Both the position numbers and the translations under genes were made by a program. From Leptogorgia sarmentosa (lineage: Eukaryota): a DNA stretch of 64,000 bases. The stretch is taken from contig OZ210884.1 of assembly GCA_964658305.1 (NCBI GenBank), positions 6,014,001-6,078,000 on the forward strand, read 5' to 3'. Every line of letters starts with the position of its first letter. The first letter of the stretch is position 1. The notes beneath the pieces are model-generated. The model was not told the origin of the DNA. It saw only the letters and a program-made list of their open reading frames with translations, and did not search any database. Shown in pieces: positions 35,769 to 49,820 of this stretch.

Positions 35769-36732
35769 TTAGAAAGAGAGTGGTAAAGGCCATTTTCGTG
35801 AAGCGTGAATGGCCATATTTATTCTCCGTGAAACGTATTTTATTTTTCGTGATTCGTGATCATGATCTAAATAGACCCCGTGAAGCGTGAAATGCATTAT
35901 TTAATCAACTTGAAATTTAACAAGATTTGAGCAGAAATTTCCCGTGAAATGTGACTACGTTTCATCGTAAAGACCAACCATATACATAGATCAATCCGAA
36001 TATTACCTTTCAAAAACCAACAGCGTGCGGTGATTTACTAAATTTCAAAAACTAATTGCCAGAATTCAGGAATTATAGCGCATTTCGTTAGACATGAAAT
36101 GCTATCACTCCGCAATCTTTCGAAACGGTATACTCGCCGGCCAAAAAGTAAGAAAAAGTCGGCCTAATTAACTGTAAACCTTACTGAAAGAAATATTAAT
36201 TTCCTAGATTCTTAATTATCAAAACCCGTCAAAAAAGGCATTATTTTCTTACAAATATTCTGTTGATACCATCATGAAATAGTAGTTTCCGACGATCTAA
36301 AGGATCGAAAGGTTCAAAATTTCCTCACTTGGCGCCAACTTGCGCCTCCTCAAATTTCATCCCCCCCCCCTCTACACACAATTCAAATTGCTTTTTAGTT
36401 TTCGTCTGCACATTTCTCAAATCACAACTCCACACTCGAAAAGCCTGAAAATATCATGACTATATGCCCTTTAGTCCATTTATGTGCCCATTTGGGCCCC
36501 GTACCTAGTTTTTTCATTGCAAGAAAGTTTTCATGGATGCAATTTTTCACCAGAATAGCAAATCCCCCCATCATGATCAGGTTCCTCAAAAATGCGATTT
36601 GTTTGTAAAAAAATCGGCTTTTCCTTATTAATTCGATACAAAAATGTTGGATGTTGCTGATCTGATAGAAAGGTTGCGTATGCGCAGTAAAGCATATGCC
36701 GAAAAACGCCTTGAGTTTCACATCTATATGTA

Positions 36733-37080
36733 CAGGGGCGAAACTTGCACCTTCTCAATGGGGGGGTTATGGGTAAAAATGCCCTGCAAGAAAATGAAAT
36801 ACCCTGCAAGATAACCATGACCGTACAGATTGTTCCTAAATTGTTGGCGAGCGGGGGGGGGGGGGCGGGGGGTGGGGGCGTCTTTTCCGCAAACCAACTT
36901 ACAAGCGCAAAAACGTTTCATGTCTACTTCAATGGCGATTTGAAACTCTTGATAGTCAATTTTTTTAAAATGAATGTAGATTTATTTCGTTTGGCCCTGC
37001 GAACTCCCTCTTTGCCCTGCAAAGTTAAGCATTGGGGGGGTTAGTCACCCCCCCTAACCCCCCCTTAGGTTTCGCCCCTG
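36733..37080. mobile_element. hAT-like MITE
   Basis: TIR caggggcgaaac / gtttcgcccctg; TSD tatatgta/tatatgtt. Confidence 0.85.
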
Positions 37081-38549
37081 TATATGTTACTTAACCTTTG
37101 GTGATGATCTACGATCGACGACAACCCAAAATGCTGACTCCGTTATACTGTCTAATACCCTCGGTGTAAATCAGAGGTGTAAATAGCAGTGGAAATTACA
37201 TATTACCCTCGGTATTATTGTATCACGAGAGACACCAGTGAATGTTCTTACATAAGTTGCGCACCTTGATAAGTATAGCGTATTTAAAAAAAACTTAAAT
37301 GTGATGATCATGCACGTGCCACAAAAAAGCAGCATGACAAACCTTCAATAGCAATCTACTGTTTTATTCAAATATATTTCAACAGGTGACTCGCATTAAT
37401 CCAGTTCTTCAAAATACAAATGAATATTAATCCAGCCTTCCAAAAGCTCCTTCATTCTATGCTCAGATTTGCACTCAGACTTGCAAAATAAGAGCGTCCA
37501 AGGTTTTTGTACTCATATTAAATAGTTACTATACACAGTTATATTGTTATATTGTTATATACAAACAAATGCCTACCCGATATTGTCATTCATGACTTAC
37601 TACAAATGCCACATATTGGAGACAACTGTGCATTTGTTACGTAATGTAAGCGAACAATTCGAGCATATTTAATAAACATGTAATCTTTTTTAATTTGACT
37701 CAAATTCACCCATACTCATTTCTACTTCTGCTTGTACTTCTACACTTCTACACTCCTGCAGTTCTATATACTTCTACTTCTATATTAAATGTTAGTGTTG
37801 ATCGATATCCAATTCAAGGCCCAGACATTCCCTTACTTGTTGTAGTGACAAGTCAAAACATTATCTCTATCGATATTCCCAATACGTCAATTTTCATAAT
37901 TTCACAATTTTCACAATTCATAATTACACGCGCAAAAACCTATTTTCATATTCTAATTAATTTATAACTGTATACTGCACGATTGCGCAGAATTTTATAT
38001 ATTAAGTATAGAGCTGAGTCACATAAAATTGGCAATAGGTAATCTCAACAGCGATAGTCATCATCTTCAACATCAACAGATTATAATTCGTTACCTTCCT
38101 TACGTTCAACGAAAATAGAACATGCATGAATTTCAGCCTTAATATTAAACGCCACGAAAAAGATAACTAAACCTATTAAGCGAAATAACAAAACCCATGT
38201 TAGCTACATTTTTAATTAATGAGTTATTCCTTGCGTTACAGATGTTGCTAGCTTGGCTCATTTTATCACAGTTCAAGAGTATAGTGGTTGTGCATCTCAT
38301 GGATACGCACTGAACCAGTGAACGGGTGTTTTCTGAACAAGACTATTATATGCACGCAATTGAAGCATGTATATCACTTTATGTCGTTTGTAACGAAACA
38401 AGCTGTCTAGTATGAAGTTTAATAACGAACGTATATTGAATGCAATGTATATTTCAATATACATACTGCATGTTCTGAATTGAAATATTCAGAAGATGGA
38501 CGTTCTATTCTATTAATTAGCTACATCAAGTCATGATCAAGTAGCTGGA

Positions 38550-38730
38550 TTGTCCTGGAGATCTCAAGGACATGCTCATGTTCTGCCTATATTGTTGAAT
38601 ATAATTATAAACTGTCCTGGAGATCTCAAGACATATTTTGTTCTGGAGATCTCCAGGACAAATATGTGTTATTGTTTAATTATTAGGCTACTTTGAAAAT
38701 ATAAACTGTCCTGGAGATCTCAAGGACAAA
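38550..38730. repeat. Clustered ~20-bp repeat tgtcctggagatctcaagga (about 4 copies)
   Basis: Copies at ~38551, 38613, 38640 and 38707. Confidence 0.7.
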
Positions 38731-40043
38731 TTCGCAATGGCTTTGTCTTTAAGATGAGATACAGTACGAATAATTGCAGTTTTTGTAAACACAATTTCTC
38801 TCCACTGATGTGATTATATACTTTTTTTTCAGCTTTTAGTATTTAAATTTTTCTGTGTTGGGATATTCAGGATATTTTACTGCATTTCACATGCTTTGAT
38901 TGTGCTGAAATTGCACTTACAAGATCTGTTTCGCACAAATAGTTTTTGCCATGTTTTTCATGCGATTTTGGACGAAAATGGTAAACAATCGTTCATCCTT
39001 GCACTTTGGCTTTTTTGGAGGAAAAATACGAATTTTCACTATTTTAGCAAGCGGGTTCATTTTATTGTATTATATCGGCTTTTTTTTGTCCTTTTTCCCA
39101 TCGCTGACGTGATTTCTTATGCGATATATTATTTGGCTAAAAAGTCTAGTTTTGGTAATTTAGGGAAATTTAAGGTCATTAATGTCATTGTAGTCAATTT
39201 CCTGGACGCTGATTGGCTAAACATTAAACATTAATTGCACAGGTGTGTAATTAACTTTTCAAATACAACGGTTTCGAGCCCGCGATATGCGAGCGGTAAA
39301 TTTAAAAACAAGTAAAACTACGGTAAAATTTTTGTTTCTCGTATAAATTTACGATGGATTTGATTGTTTGATATTATTATTTCGCCAAACCCGCGTGCAA
39401 TGTTTCATAAATACTTCTCGAACCGTGTAATTTCCTCTACTAAAATTGCGTAATAATATTGCATGAAACAAACCTGAAACGCAAGGGTTTAGGGTTCACT
39501 AAAGAGTAAAGTTGCACATTGGATTTAAAACAAAGTTAAATGTAACTTAAATAAATCCGTAGATTTAAGTGGTATTTAGGTAACAATTAGGGTGATTATT
39601 TATGTTATGATGTGACGTTACTCTGAGCATATATATCCACACCGTGCAGGCTGAAAACTTAACCTTGGCCTATGTGGGAATCGAACCCGCGACTTTCAGT
39701 GAAAATGGGTCGCTTGAGGCTTTTAGAGTTACCTTAAATGTTCGTGAAATCCAGTTTTTAACAATTTAAGGAAAGCCTTAAAGTTCACTTAAACGGTTCA
39801 ATAAGGCGACTTTAATGAAACTTTGGGATACTTAAATCTGAGATTTCATCCGCAGCTCTAAAATAATGTCAGTAATGTGCCGTGAAAGCTATTATAATTA
39901 CCGTTCGTTTCTGAATTCATTATTTCAATTCCCATTGGGATTTACTTTCAATGGTTTGCGCCCAATTCCCAACCGTGGACAGTTTCGACCCCCAATTTTT
40001 AATGGATTCGCATAAAGCCATATTTTCACACAGAGGGAAGAAC

Positions 40044-40199
40044 CAGAGCGGCGGTGGAAGATCGATAATTGGGGGCTGCACATTTATTGGTGTTCACAGA
40101 CCTTGAATACAATTGATTTCAAAAGAGATTTTTAATGCAGAACACGAATATTATATGAAAATGCCCCCCTCCCCCATTATCGATCTTTCGCCGCCAATG
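40044..40199. mobile_element. hAT-like MITE (same family as 15947-16113)
   Basis: Shared internal sequence attggtgttcacagacc...gcagaacacgaata; TSD ggaagaac/cgaagaac. Confidence 0.75.
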
Positions 40200-40513
40200 C
40201 GAAGAACTATGTTGAGTAAGAAGCTAAAAGCTCAAATTTTATTGCTATGAGAAAATTTTATCGATAAACGTCATGTCTAGCGCGCAATAAGACACCAAAG
40301 TTGCATTATCTTTTTTATACACCCTGTAAAAGCAAGATGAATATTTCTGTATACTGTTCTCTGGCAAAGCGGTTTTGGTTCTACCGGCAAAAACTGGAAA
40401 CCGCAATAGCTACAATTCTGCAATTTGGAATTTTCCCAAAGCTTGCAAGTTAGCAACCATATTCAAATATTCGTCTTCGCCAAAACGTAGACATTGCTAC
40501 AGCCGGTCAAACC

Positions 40514-40566
40514 TAGCCTGTGCCCCAGACCACACACGGTTCGTGTGTGGTCTGGGGCACAGGCTA
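40514..40566. mobile_element. 53-bp perfect hairpin mini-element with 8-bp TSD
   Basis: 25-bp perfect inverted arms around a gtt loop; gtcaaacc at 40506-40513 and 40567-40574. Confidence 0.9.
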
Positions 40567-42557
40567 GTCAAACCAATATCCACTTAGACCCCGTTTACAC
40601 GATACCGGATCAATGTAGTCACGACAATGATTTCGGTGAGTTTAAGGTTATTTCTACTCCTACCACTTTTTCTATGATTAGTTGTCATTAAATTCTGTAA
40701 TATAACCAGAGATTTAAGAGCCATACACTCGTCTTGAAACTGTTAAATTTGATGTCGTGACCAAGTGTATCCGGTACCACTCATGTAAACAGGCCGGTCT
40801 TAGTTTTTCAATATCTATGTCTAATAGATTCACACCCATGTTTTAGTCATGGGGCCTTTTTTAAAAACATTTCACTGGGGGGAGGGGCAAAACAAAAAAA
40901 ATTACAGAAAGAAAAATATGAAGCGTCTAGGTTTGACGAACGAGCAAGTCTTACAAGTGATTTGCTTTAATTTATAACTTTTTAGCCGTAGTTCGTCTTA
41001 AACAATTAATTTGCAATAAAATCTCTTTGTTTATATGTCTCAAGACATGGCCTTTCATTGCGTCTTCTTTCTTCTTGATAAAGGATACAACGGTTGGTCT
41101 AGATCTTGGGTCATATGAAGCGGTTGGGACACCATTCCGTTTAATTAAACTTATTTATCAATGCTTGATGAATAACAATATTACTTACAGACAAGATGAC
41201 TGGGCAAGAAGCTATGGAAGGGCATAATATCATTATCGAGTAAACCAACTGTAACTGTGGCAACAATTATTAGCAATCATAATATAATTCTGCTTCGCGC
41301 TTTGGGGGCAGAAATGGCTTAAATGGCTTTACTGGGTGAGGGAAAATCTTTTCCCTTGGGGCAATTACCCCCCTACCGCAGATATATAGTTGAAAAAGGC
41401 ACCGTTTGCAGTGGTGTAGCTAGGCCAGAAGTTCAGAGGAGAGTGTTTATATGTAGACTTCACATTTTATCGACGAATAAAAGTTTATTTTATGCTCAAC
41501 ATCGCGACCAGTTTTAATAAATATACCGACCAAACTTTTTTCCCCTTTCTTTTACCGACGGTTTTTCCTTGCATATATCCAGTTTTACCCACGAAGACGC
41601 TTCTGCATGCATATGTTTGTTCATTGGCCATCTGTCCAACTTTTCCAACGCATTCTTAATTATATACATTCCCCTTTATAGCAATTACCACTATCGCTGC
41701 GAAAATATAGGAGGGGGTTTTCCGAGTTGTACATTGTGGAAAAATTAACGTATGTTTATGTAGCTAATGTCTTTATATGTTATTGACTATTCCCGATATT
41801 GAGAGATAACCGCCACACGATCCAATATAATTGATTACACAAAGTATAAAAGCTCCGGACACTACAGCAGAAGTGTTATCCAGTCTGTAGGTTTTTGGAT
41901 CGCTGGATTCATTCTTTCTTTAAAGAAAAGGTATGTTGATCTACTTCAGTTTTTCATCACAACGGTATTAAATTGCCTACAATGTCTTGCACGCACACGC
42001 CTAAGAGTATTAATAATTAATTGCCTGAAATTATTTCAAATAATTGAATGTTCAACAGACGAAATGAATTAGTTAAAAGTTTGTTTTATTATAATATATA
42101 ATTCTTGAAAGAACCAGGCAATCCAGTAATTTCGGGATAATAATCTGAGATCTTTGACGGAGCCTAATTTTAAACACTCGGCTCTTTTCAGGCCAGTGTA
42201 TTTAGAGATTTTTATGAAAGGTGGAGCCTAAATCGACGATAATGCACCTCGTTGAACTCTAAGGTGAGCTTAATTAGAATCAGACATACTGTAAAATGTT
42301 GCACAAAATAGTTTTATAATATTAGCCAGAAGACACAATCTATTGGAGCACACGTTAGTTCAATCGACATCATGTTCACGCCCTATTCAAATGTAACCGC
42401 ATTATAAGCCAGGTATTTTACGAACCTTATGCACAGCAATTTAGGCCAATCCATTACTTCATGGATTAATTTTGCTTACACAATGGCAATTAAAGGAGGC
42501 AATTGTTTATTCCTCTTTCTAATAAATTGCATTCTAAATTTACAGGTGACGAAGAAA

Positions 42558-45500
42558 ATGGCAAAATTTGAGAATAATAGTGATGGATTGCAAAACAGGT
42601 CAGTCTGATCATTGAACAATAAGTTTTGTTTGACGCCAGTACTAGTCTTCCAACAAATCCGTCCTGGCCCCTGGCGTGGGGGGGGGGGGAGATATTCTTA
42701 GAGATATTACTCTCTTTTTAGTCTCTTGATTATTACAGGAAATCTGCCGGGTTAAGGTGTTAGTTTAGGGCTTCAAAATTCCTAGCAATGCCGCCCCTTG
42801 GGGGAACGGAAAGAGGGAAAATTTTGTGTGACACCGAGAAACATTGAGAGTTTTACTGAAGAAAGATTATGGTCTATATAAATGCACGTTACAAGAATAT
42901 GATAATTCAAAACTGAAACTTTAAGAATGTTGACTGACTTTTACTTGAAGGTTTATTTAACTTCTGAAATAATTGCATATGACAATTGATAATTCCCATT
43001 CGGCCAAGGATAATTCTCAATCACTTCAAAGACATAAAAATTTATATTCTCATTATTATAACCTTAAATTAAGTACACCCATCGTACCCCCGGTTTAATT
43101 TCTAACTGCTCTAACCATCTGGGGCCGAGGGCCTATGTTGCTTTGTGTACCAGATGTAGTGATATGCGGTTCCTGTTCCCAATAAACTACCCTTCTCTAT
43201 AGATAATAATGTAAATAAAAGTGAATTCCATAAGATATTCTTTAAATCTACACAAATGTTACAATTCTAGCTTTTGGCGCAGAAATACATACTCGAAATC
43301 TTTAATACTGCATACGATCATCGTTTTTTTAGCATATAAAAAGTCCGGCTTATAAGATTACTGAAATGAATATACTGAAAATATAATTTTAAATAAACAG
43401 TTAAAATTTCATCGTTATAGCTTTACATTGCAGTTCTTGGTCAATTTCGTGCCGATCAGCCTGGTATCACCAGGGACGTAACGACCAACTGAGACCACGT
43501 AACAATTTAAGGTTAATTAAGACGGAACCAAGACTAAAATGAAGGAAAATCCCCACAAGAATATGTCTCCCGAAAAGTAGACTAATTTTGCAAATTTTTA
43601 ACTATAAATATCTAATGCACCGTTCCAGCAAGTAATGAGGGCAAAACCAAAGAAAAGAGGAATAAAAGACCCCAAAAAGGCAATTTCCGATGATCTGAAA
43701 CCTCAAATTCTAAAACAATTCTCAGTCGCCGCCAACAATGGTTTCGTCTCGTAGGCTCCAACTTCCCGGAACTACTATTACGTTGCTATGTCCATGAAGA
43801 CTAGAATACCTGGCGCACCAAGTAATAAATAGCTGGAGAAAGGGGGGGAATTTGTGCATTCTCCATCTTTAAAGAAATCTTCAATTGCTAAAAATGTTTT
43901 GAACCATTAAATATTCGCGCGTTGAAAAGTAGCTTTGAAGTTTATTTGGCAAACCAATTACCAAATAAAACGTAATTGTGAAACGTATGATGCATATAAA
44001 ACGTAATTGTATAACGAAACGTACTGTGGAATATGTAAAATTAGTGACATGTTTCAGCCAAGGTTGAATCGCAACAAGTCTGGGCGAGAAAAGTATTGTA
44101 GGAATAGCATTTGAACAAAATCAAAATAGTCTACGAACATAATTTATTTAAGGGATTCACAAAGGACGTTTTAACGTTCCTAACAGCTGTACATTACAAC
44201 ATCTTTTTTTTTATTTTTTACTTGTTAGCAACAAACCAAATGTCTACAATGAAGTCGAATACTTATACCGGCAGCAAACACAATCTTGGTTTGAAAATGG
44301 GTGTCTTCGGCACTGGGCATGGTGTCAAAAACTCTTTATTGTCTTCCTTGAAAAGCTTTTTGAAAAAACCGCCCTCTTTATTTCGCGGCGGCCATTTCAT
44401 ATCATATTCACATGCCTGTTTGTTGCCATTGTCTTTACCTGTGGATTTGCAAAGTTAAAGCCCAAAGAAAATGTAAAATACTTGTTCCTGCCAGAAAACA
44501 GCGAAGCATCGCAGGATATACGCAAGGCACGAGATTTGGGATTTGAGCTTGAAGTGCGACAAGAGGAGATTATTTTTTTACCAAAACAAAACAAGTCTGT
44601 TCTTTCGGAGGAATGTTTGTCCGAAATGATTGATTTACACAACATAATCACAAAAATAAGGCTTTACGAGAAATATTGTTATAAACCACATCCAACTATC
44701 CCTTGTGCCTCCGTAAATTTGTTAGAAATTTTCGGTTACCATAGAAATAACTTGAACAATATTCAACAACACATCAAGCAATTGCTTGACAACGATGTTT
44801 TTCTAATGACGAATGGAAGACGACTTCAAGATAATTACAATGCAATATTTGGAAAAGCTGCTTCGAATGGTAAACTTGATTCAGCAGATGCCCTGAGAAT
44901 TGTTTACTATATGAGAGAATACAGAAGAGAGGACGAAAACAGAAAGCATGTTTTGGACTGGGAGATGGAATATTTGAACGCTGTTTCATCTTTTGCACAA
45001 AACACAACTTGTGTAAACATTTTTTATGCAGCAGAACGAAGCCTGGATGATTCAGTGGCAGAAAGTACTGGTTCTGATATCAAGTTCTTTTCGCTGACTT
45101 TCACAATCATGGGAATTTTTAGTGGAATAATAAACGGTAGATGTGCAGATTCTCGCTATGGACATCAACTTTTGGGATTTACTGCTTTGTTATCTATCTA
45201 TTTGGGTGTCACCTCGGCGCTTGGCTTCTTGTTGTTCTTCGATGTTCCTTTTGTCAGTATGGTTGGGGTTTTGCCATTTTTAGTCGTCAGTATTGGCATT
45301 GATGACGTGTTTATTATTCTACATGAACTGAACGAATTAGTCCGTCAAAATCTTCCAGCTAGGTATATGCTTAGCGGTACAATGGCTAGAAGTGGTCCAA
45401 CTATTACCATGACAACCCTCACTGACCTGGTAGCATTTGCTGTTAGCTGTCGTTCTATCTTTCCCGCGATTCGTTATTTTTGCACATACGCGGCGCTGAC

Positions 45501-48500
45501 GATTTGGACAGCATTTCTTATGCTGATGACATTTTTTGTTGGATGCATGTGGTTTGATATCAAACGAATTAACGCGCGTCGTCGAGATATGGCACCTTGT
45601 GTAATGGTCGGACCGCCTAGGAGCTGCTGTATTGGTTTCAAAACGCATGGATTAGACAACGTGATGAGATCATGGGGCAAGATAATAACATCTCCAAAAG
45701 GAAAAATTATCGTCTGTTTGTGTTCTTTGCTGCTCTTGTCTGGTGGTATTTATGGCGCTCTCAATATTGATGAAAGTTTTAGCAGACAGTTACTAACAAC
45801 TGAAAAATCAAACTACCGGGAATACCTGAACGTTTTTGAAGAAAAATTTCATCTCACTATTCCAGTTGATGTTATCTTCCCCGGACAGGCGAGCCAATCC
45901 AGTCAAGACATTCAAAAAATGTATTCAGAAGTTCAAAATATCGCTGAACGTAGTGCCTACTTTCTTTCCGAAAGTATTTGTTGGTTGTCAGAATACCAGT
46001 CATGGGCAAAGAAACAGAATATTGACATAAATGACACCATTACTTTCCACAATACCTTGCCACATTTTATTTCTTTGCCACAATATTTAAGGTTTGCCGA
46101 AGATTTAAAATTTTCCAAAAACAAAACGCATTTGACAGCCTCAAGAATGTTGTTGTTCTCCAAGAGTAACCCTGCTTCCGGTTTTCAAACAGATATGATG
46201 CTCAGCATAAGACAGGATCTCTCACGTGCCACGGATGTCAATGCATTTGCCATTACCCTACCTTTTATCTACTTTGAACAATTTGCTAATGTCCTTAATG
46301 AAACTGCGAGGAATTTGGTCGTTGCTGGAATCTCAATTCTTCTGATATCATCCCTCTTCCTGAATCATTTTATCATAATAATTTGTCTTTTGTGGGGATT
46401 TTTAGCTCTTAATCTTGAGCTTCTTGGACTGATGTACATATGGAATGTCTCTCTGAACTCAATTTCTATGATAAATCTTGTTATGGCTCTAGGATTTTCC
46501 GTGGATTACAACGCACATGTGGCCTATCATTTTGTATCGTCGAAGGAGACCTGCAGAGAATCGTGTTATTGACTTAATTGGCAAAATTGGGGGCAGTGTT
46601 TTTCTCGGAGGTCTGAGTACTTTCCTTGGAATGATGCCTACAGGATTCGCTTCCTCTACTGTCTTTGTAACATTCTTCAAGATGTTTGTTGGCATTGTGG
46701 TTCTTGGTCTGCTGCATGGCTTAGTTATATTGCCCGTGTACCTGACACTTCTGGGAAAGCTGTTCGACTTTCGTGAAATGGAAATCGATTCGTTCATAAT
46801 GAAATGGTTCAAACGTGTAGGGAAACGAAAATTCTACGAAATTACTGACACAACCTCTTCCAAGTATGTTGTAAAAGCTAAAAATTCCTGCTGCTATAGT
46901 TGGCATTGGTTGCCGCTTTCCTGGAGGGACAAACAGTAAAGATGAATTCTGGAATATGCTGGTTGAAGGTCGTTGTGGTATTGGATCTTTTCCAAAAAAT
47001 AGACCTGACTCAGAAGAATTCATGGATTCTTTTAATCCTGGACGGAATACTCCTGGAAAACATTACGTGCTTACTGGAGCATTTCTTGAAAAAATTACGG
47101 GATTTGATGCTCAGTTCTTTGGAATAACTCCCACCGAGTGCCGTCAATTAGATCCACAACAACGCTTACTTCTTCAAGTTGCTTACGAAGCAATTGAAGA
47201 TGCAGGAATGCGCCTTGAAGATTTGCAACAATGCCGAACCGGCGTTTATGTTGGATTAATGAACTTAGAATATGGTTCGCTTGTTTTAGAGTCGTCCAAT
47301 ATTCGAACCATTAATCAATTTTCGCCCACAGGTTGTGCCATGTCCGTTATTGCCAATCGCATTTCTTTCGCATTCAATCTTACTGGGCCCAGTTTAACAC
47401 TGGATACAGCCTGTTCGTCATCCTTAGTGGCCTTCGACGTTGCCTTTGGACACCTACAAACTGGTGAATGTGACGTAGCAATTGTATGTGCACCAAATAT
47501 TCTTCTTACGGGTAGAAAATTTCACCTGGCATGCTGCAGGGCAGGACTGTTGGCCCAAGACGGTCGTTGCAAGAGTTTTGATATAACAGGAGATGGATAT
47601 GGTCGAGGCGAAGGTGTTGCTGCTGTATTGATTAAACCAACCCAAACAGCTCTGGATGACCGAGATGATATTTATGCGGAGGTTTTAGCTTGTGGTGTGA
47701 ATAACGATGGACAAACAGCAATTCCAATAACAGCTCCTAGCGAAGTTACACAAGCCGTCTTGTTCGAAAGAGTTCTTCGAGAATCTGGTTTGTCGAAGGA
47801 TGAAATACAGTACGTTGAAGCGCATGGCGCCGGTACAGCTATTGGTGACGTCGTTGAAATGGGATCATTGGCTGCAGTTTACGGGCATAGTAGAAGCCGA
47901 ATACTTCGTGTTGGATCCGTGAAATCTAATGTAAACCACACCGAATCAACTGCAGGTTTAGCTGGCTTGATAAAAACGTGTCTTATGATAAAACATGCTC
48001 AATATGTTCCGACAATCAACGTCCATGAAGTTAAGCCTCAGCTTAAAATGACTGAGAGAAGAATGATGGTTCAAACTAGTAATGAGCCGTGGAATTGCAA
48101 TGCTGGGACTGGCAGAGCATCTGCCGTCTCATCCTACGGCTTTGGTGGTTCTAATGCTCACCTTATCGTCCGAGAAGTTACCAGGAAACCTGTTTCAGTA
48201 TTTCCTACTAGACCAATATCTGATGGTGGCATATATGTAGATGCTAGTTATGGCTATGCGAACCAAGGTATGACAAGGTTTTTAGCCCCCAGTTACACGA
48301 TACCGGATTACTATCGGAGCGGCTGTTTCAATGTGGATTTAGCTCTTTTGTGATAATATTGAGAGAGAAGACTGGAAAGTGTCCTAAATTGATGTCACTC
48401 CGATGCAAATCCGCGGCATGGTGTAACTGGGAACTAATAAATCAGATGTTGGACAGTCGTCCAGCGAATTGAAACTCCTGTTTCATCGACAAGTTATTTA

Positions 48501-49776
48501 GTAAAAAACGTATCCCCTGATGAAACAGATATGAAAAGCCGTTGGAGTTCAACATAAAGAATAACCTCCATAATAAAATGTTCACTGTATTAAAGTGAAA
48601 TTAAATTAAATGGATACTTTTATATTTAATTTTTCTTTGATTTTTTTTCTAGAAATTTCCCGACAAGGAGATCCTAAGAATTTTGACATCTTAAAATCGG
48701 CAATGATTCAAAGGTCAAAAGAAGATATAGAGAAAAAACGCGAAGAGTTGAGTTTTGCATTTGGTCCCCAATTTGATTTGATAACCGCGATACATGGTCA
48801 AACGACACAGAAGCACTATCTTGCATAGTCCCGACTGAAGAGATTGTTAAAGAAGCGTCATTTTATGTTTTCCACCCGACATTGGTTGATGCGTGTTTCC
48901 AAACAATTCTTTTGCTCAGTAATCAAGCTGGTAAATTTGTTCCCCAGAAAGTCACTCGTGTCACCATGCTGCAAAAGCTCTCGTGTATCGAACAGTTTTA
49001 TGTCCACACCAAATTGATGGAATCTGAGAAAACACCAACCTACAACATCTCCCTGATGTATCGGTATTCGAGACCTTTATTATTCATTGAAGAGCTTATC
49101 TTTGCCGAAATCTCAGCAAATAAAAGCAAAATGAGTTTTGAAAACACGTCTTTCACATTCGGCTGGGAGACAGCAACATTGGAAAATCCAAAATCGAGTG
49201 AAGGTAATTAATGTTTGGTTGATTCTCAGGGATCAAAACAAATATGCTGAACAGTTTTCTAACTGTATCCCTGCTGAGAGTGTTCTTTTTGTTGATATAC
49301 AAGATACTTCAAACAATACACGTGAAACATTTTCTGAAGCCCTGGATGTAGCCCTGGCAAGAATTGAAAACGATGAAAAGTTACTGGTGATGAATTTCTG
49401 GCCAGTAGATTGCAGTACCTTTGATGTTGGAACCCAAAACTTCGATGCAACTCATGCCCTTGCATTTGAAAGCTGTCTTTTAATTTCGTAAGAAATTACG
49501 AAAAGAGAGATAGAAAATATCCAACTAGTCTTTGTCACCTCAGGAGTTGTTACCATTCCTCAACACAACCGCTATCCAAGCATGGATAATTTAGATGCTT
49601 TTCCATGGTCTGCTTCCGTGCTTGGATTCAGGAGAACTTTCTCGGAGGAAATCACAGCAATTAACGCTTCTGTGGTGGATTTACCTAACAATCCCGGCGA
49701 CGATGATTTTCTATCCCTGGCAGAAGACGTACGAAAAGGGACAATGGAAGAAGAAATTGTCTATAGAGATGGCTCA
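42558..49776 (+). pseudogene. Copy D: 5' part of a second full-length Patched-PKS gene (exons 42558-42598, 44229-~48267, ~48653 onward), pseudogenised
   Basis: Same start exon (MAKFENNSDGLQN) and acceptor as copy B; frameshifts near 46553 and 46885; EAHGAGT; a deletion at ~48220 fuses the KS end to the DH exon end, removing AT; further frameshifts and stops at 48787-49491. Confidence 0.92.
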
Positions 49777-49820
49777 ACTCAAACTCAACTTCTTGAATCG
49801 ATTGACATAATATTACGATA

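Noticed and set aside
38550..38730. CRISPR-like array
   Set aside because: Irregular spacing, partly repeated spacers, eukaryotic context and no cas genes
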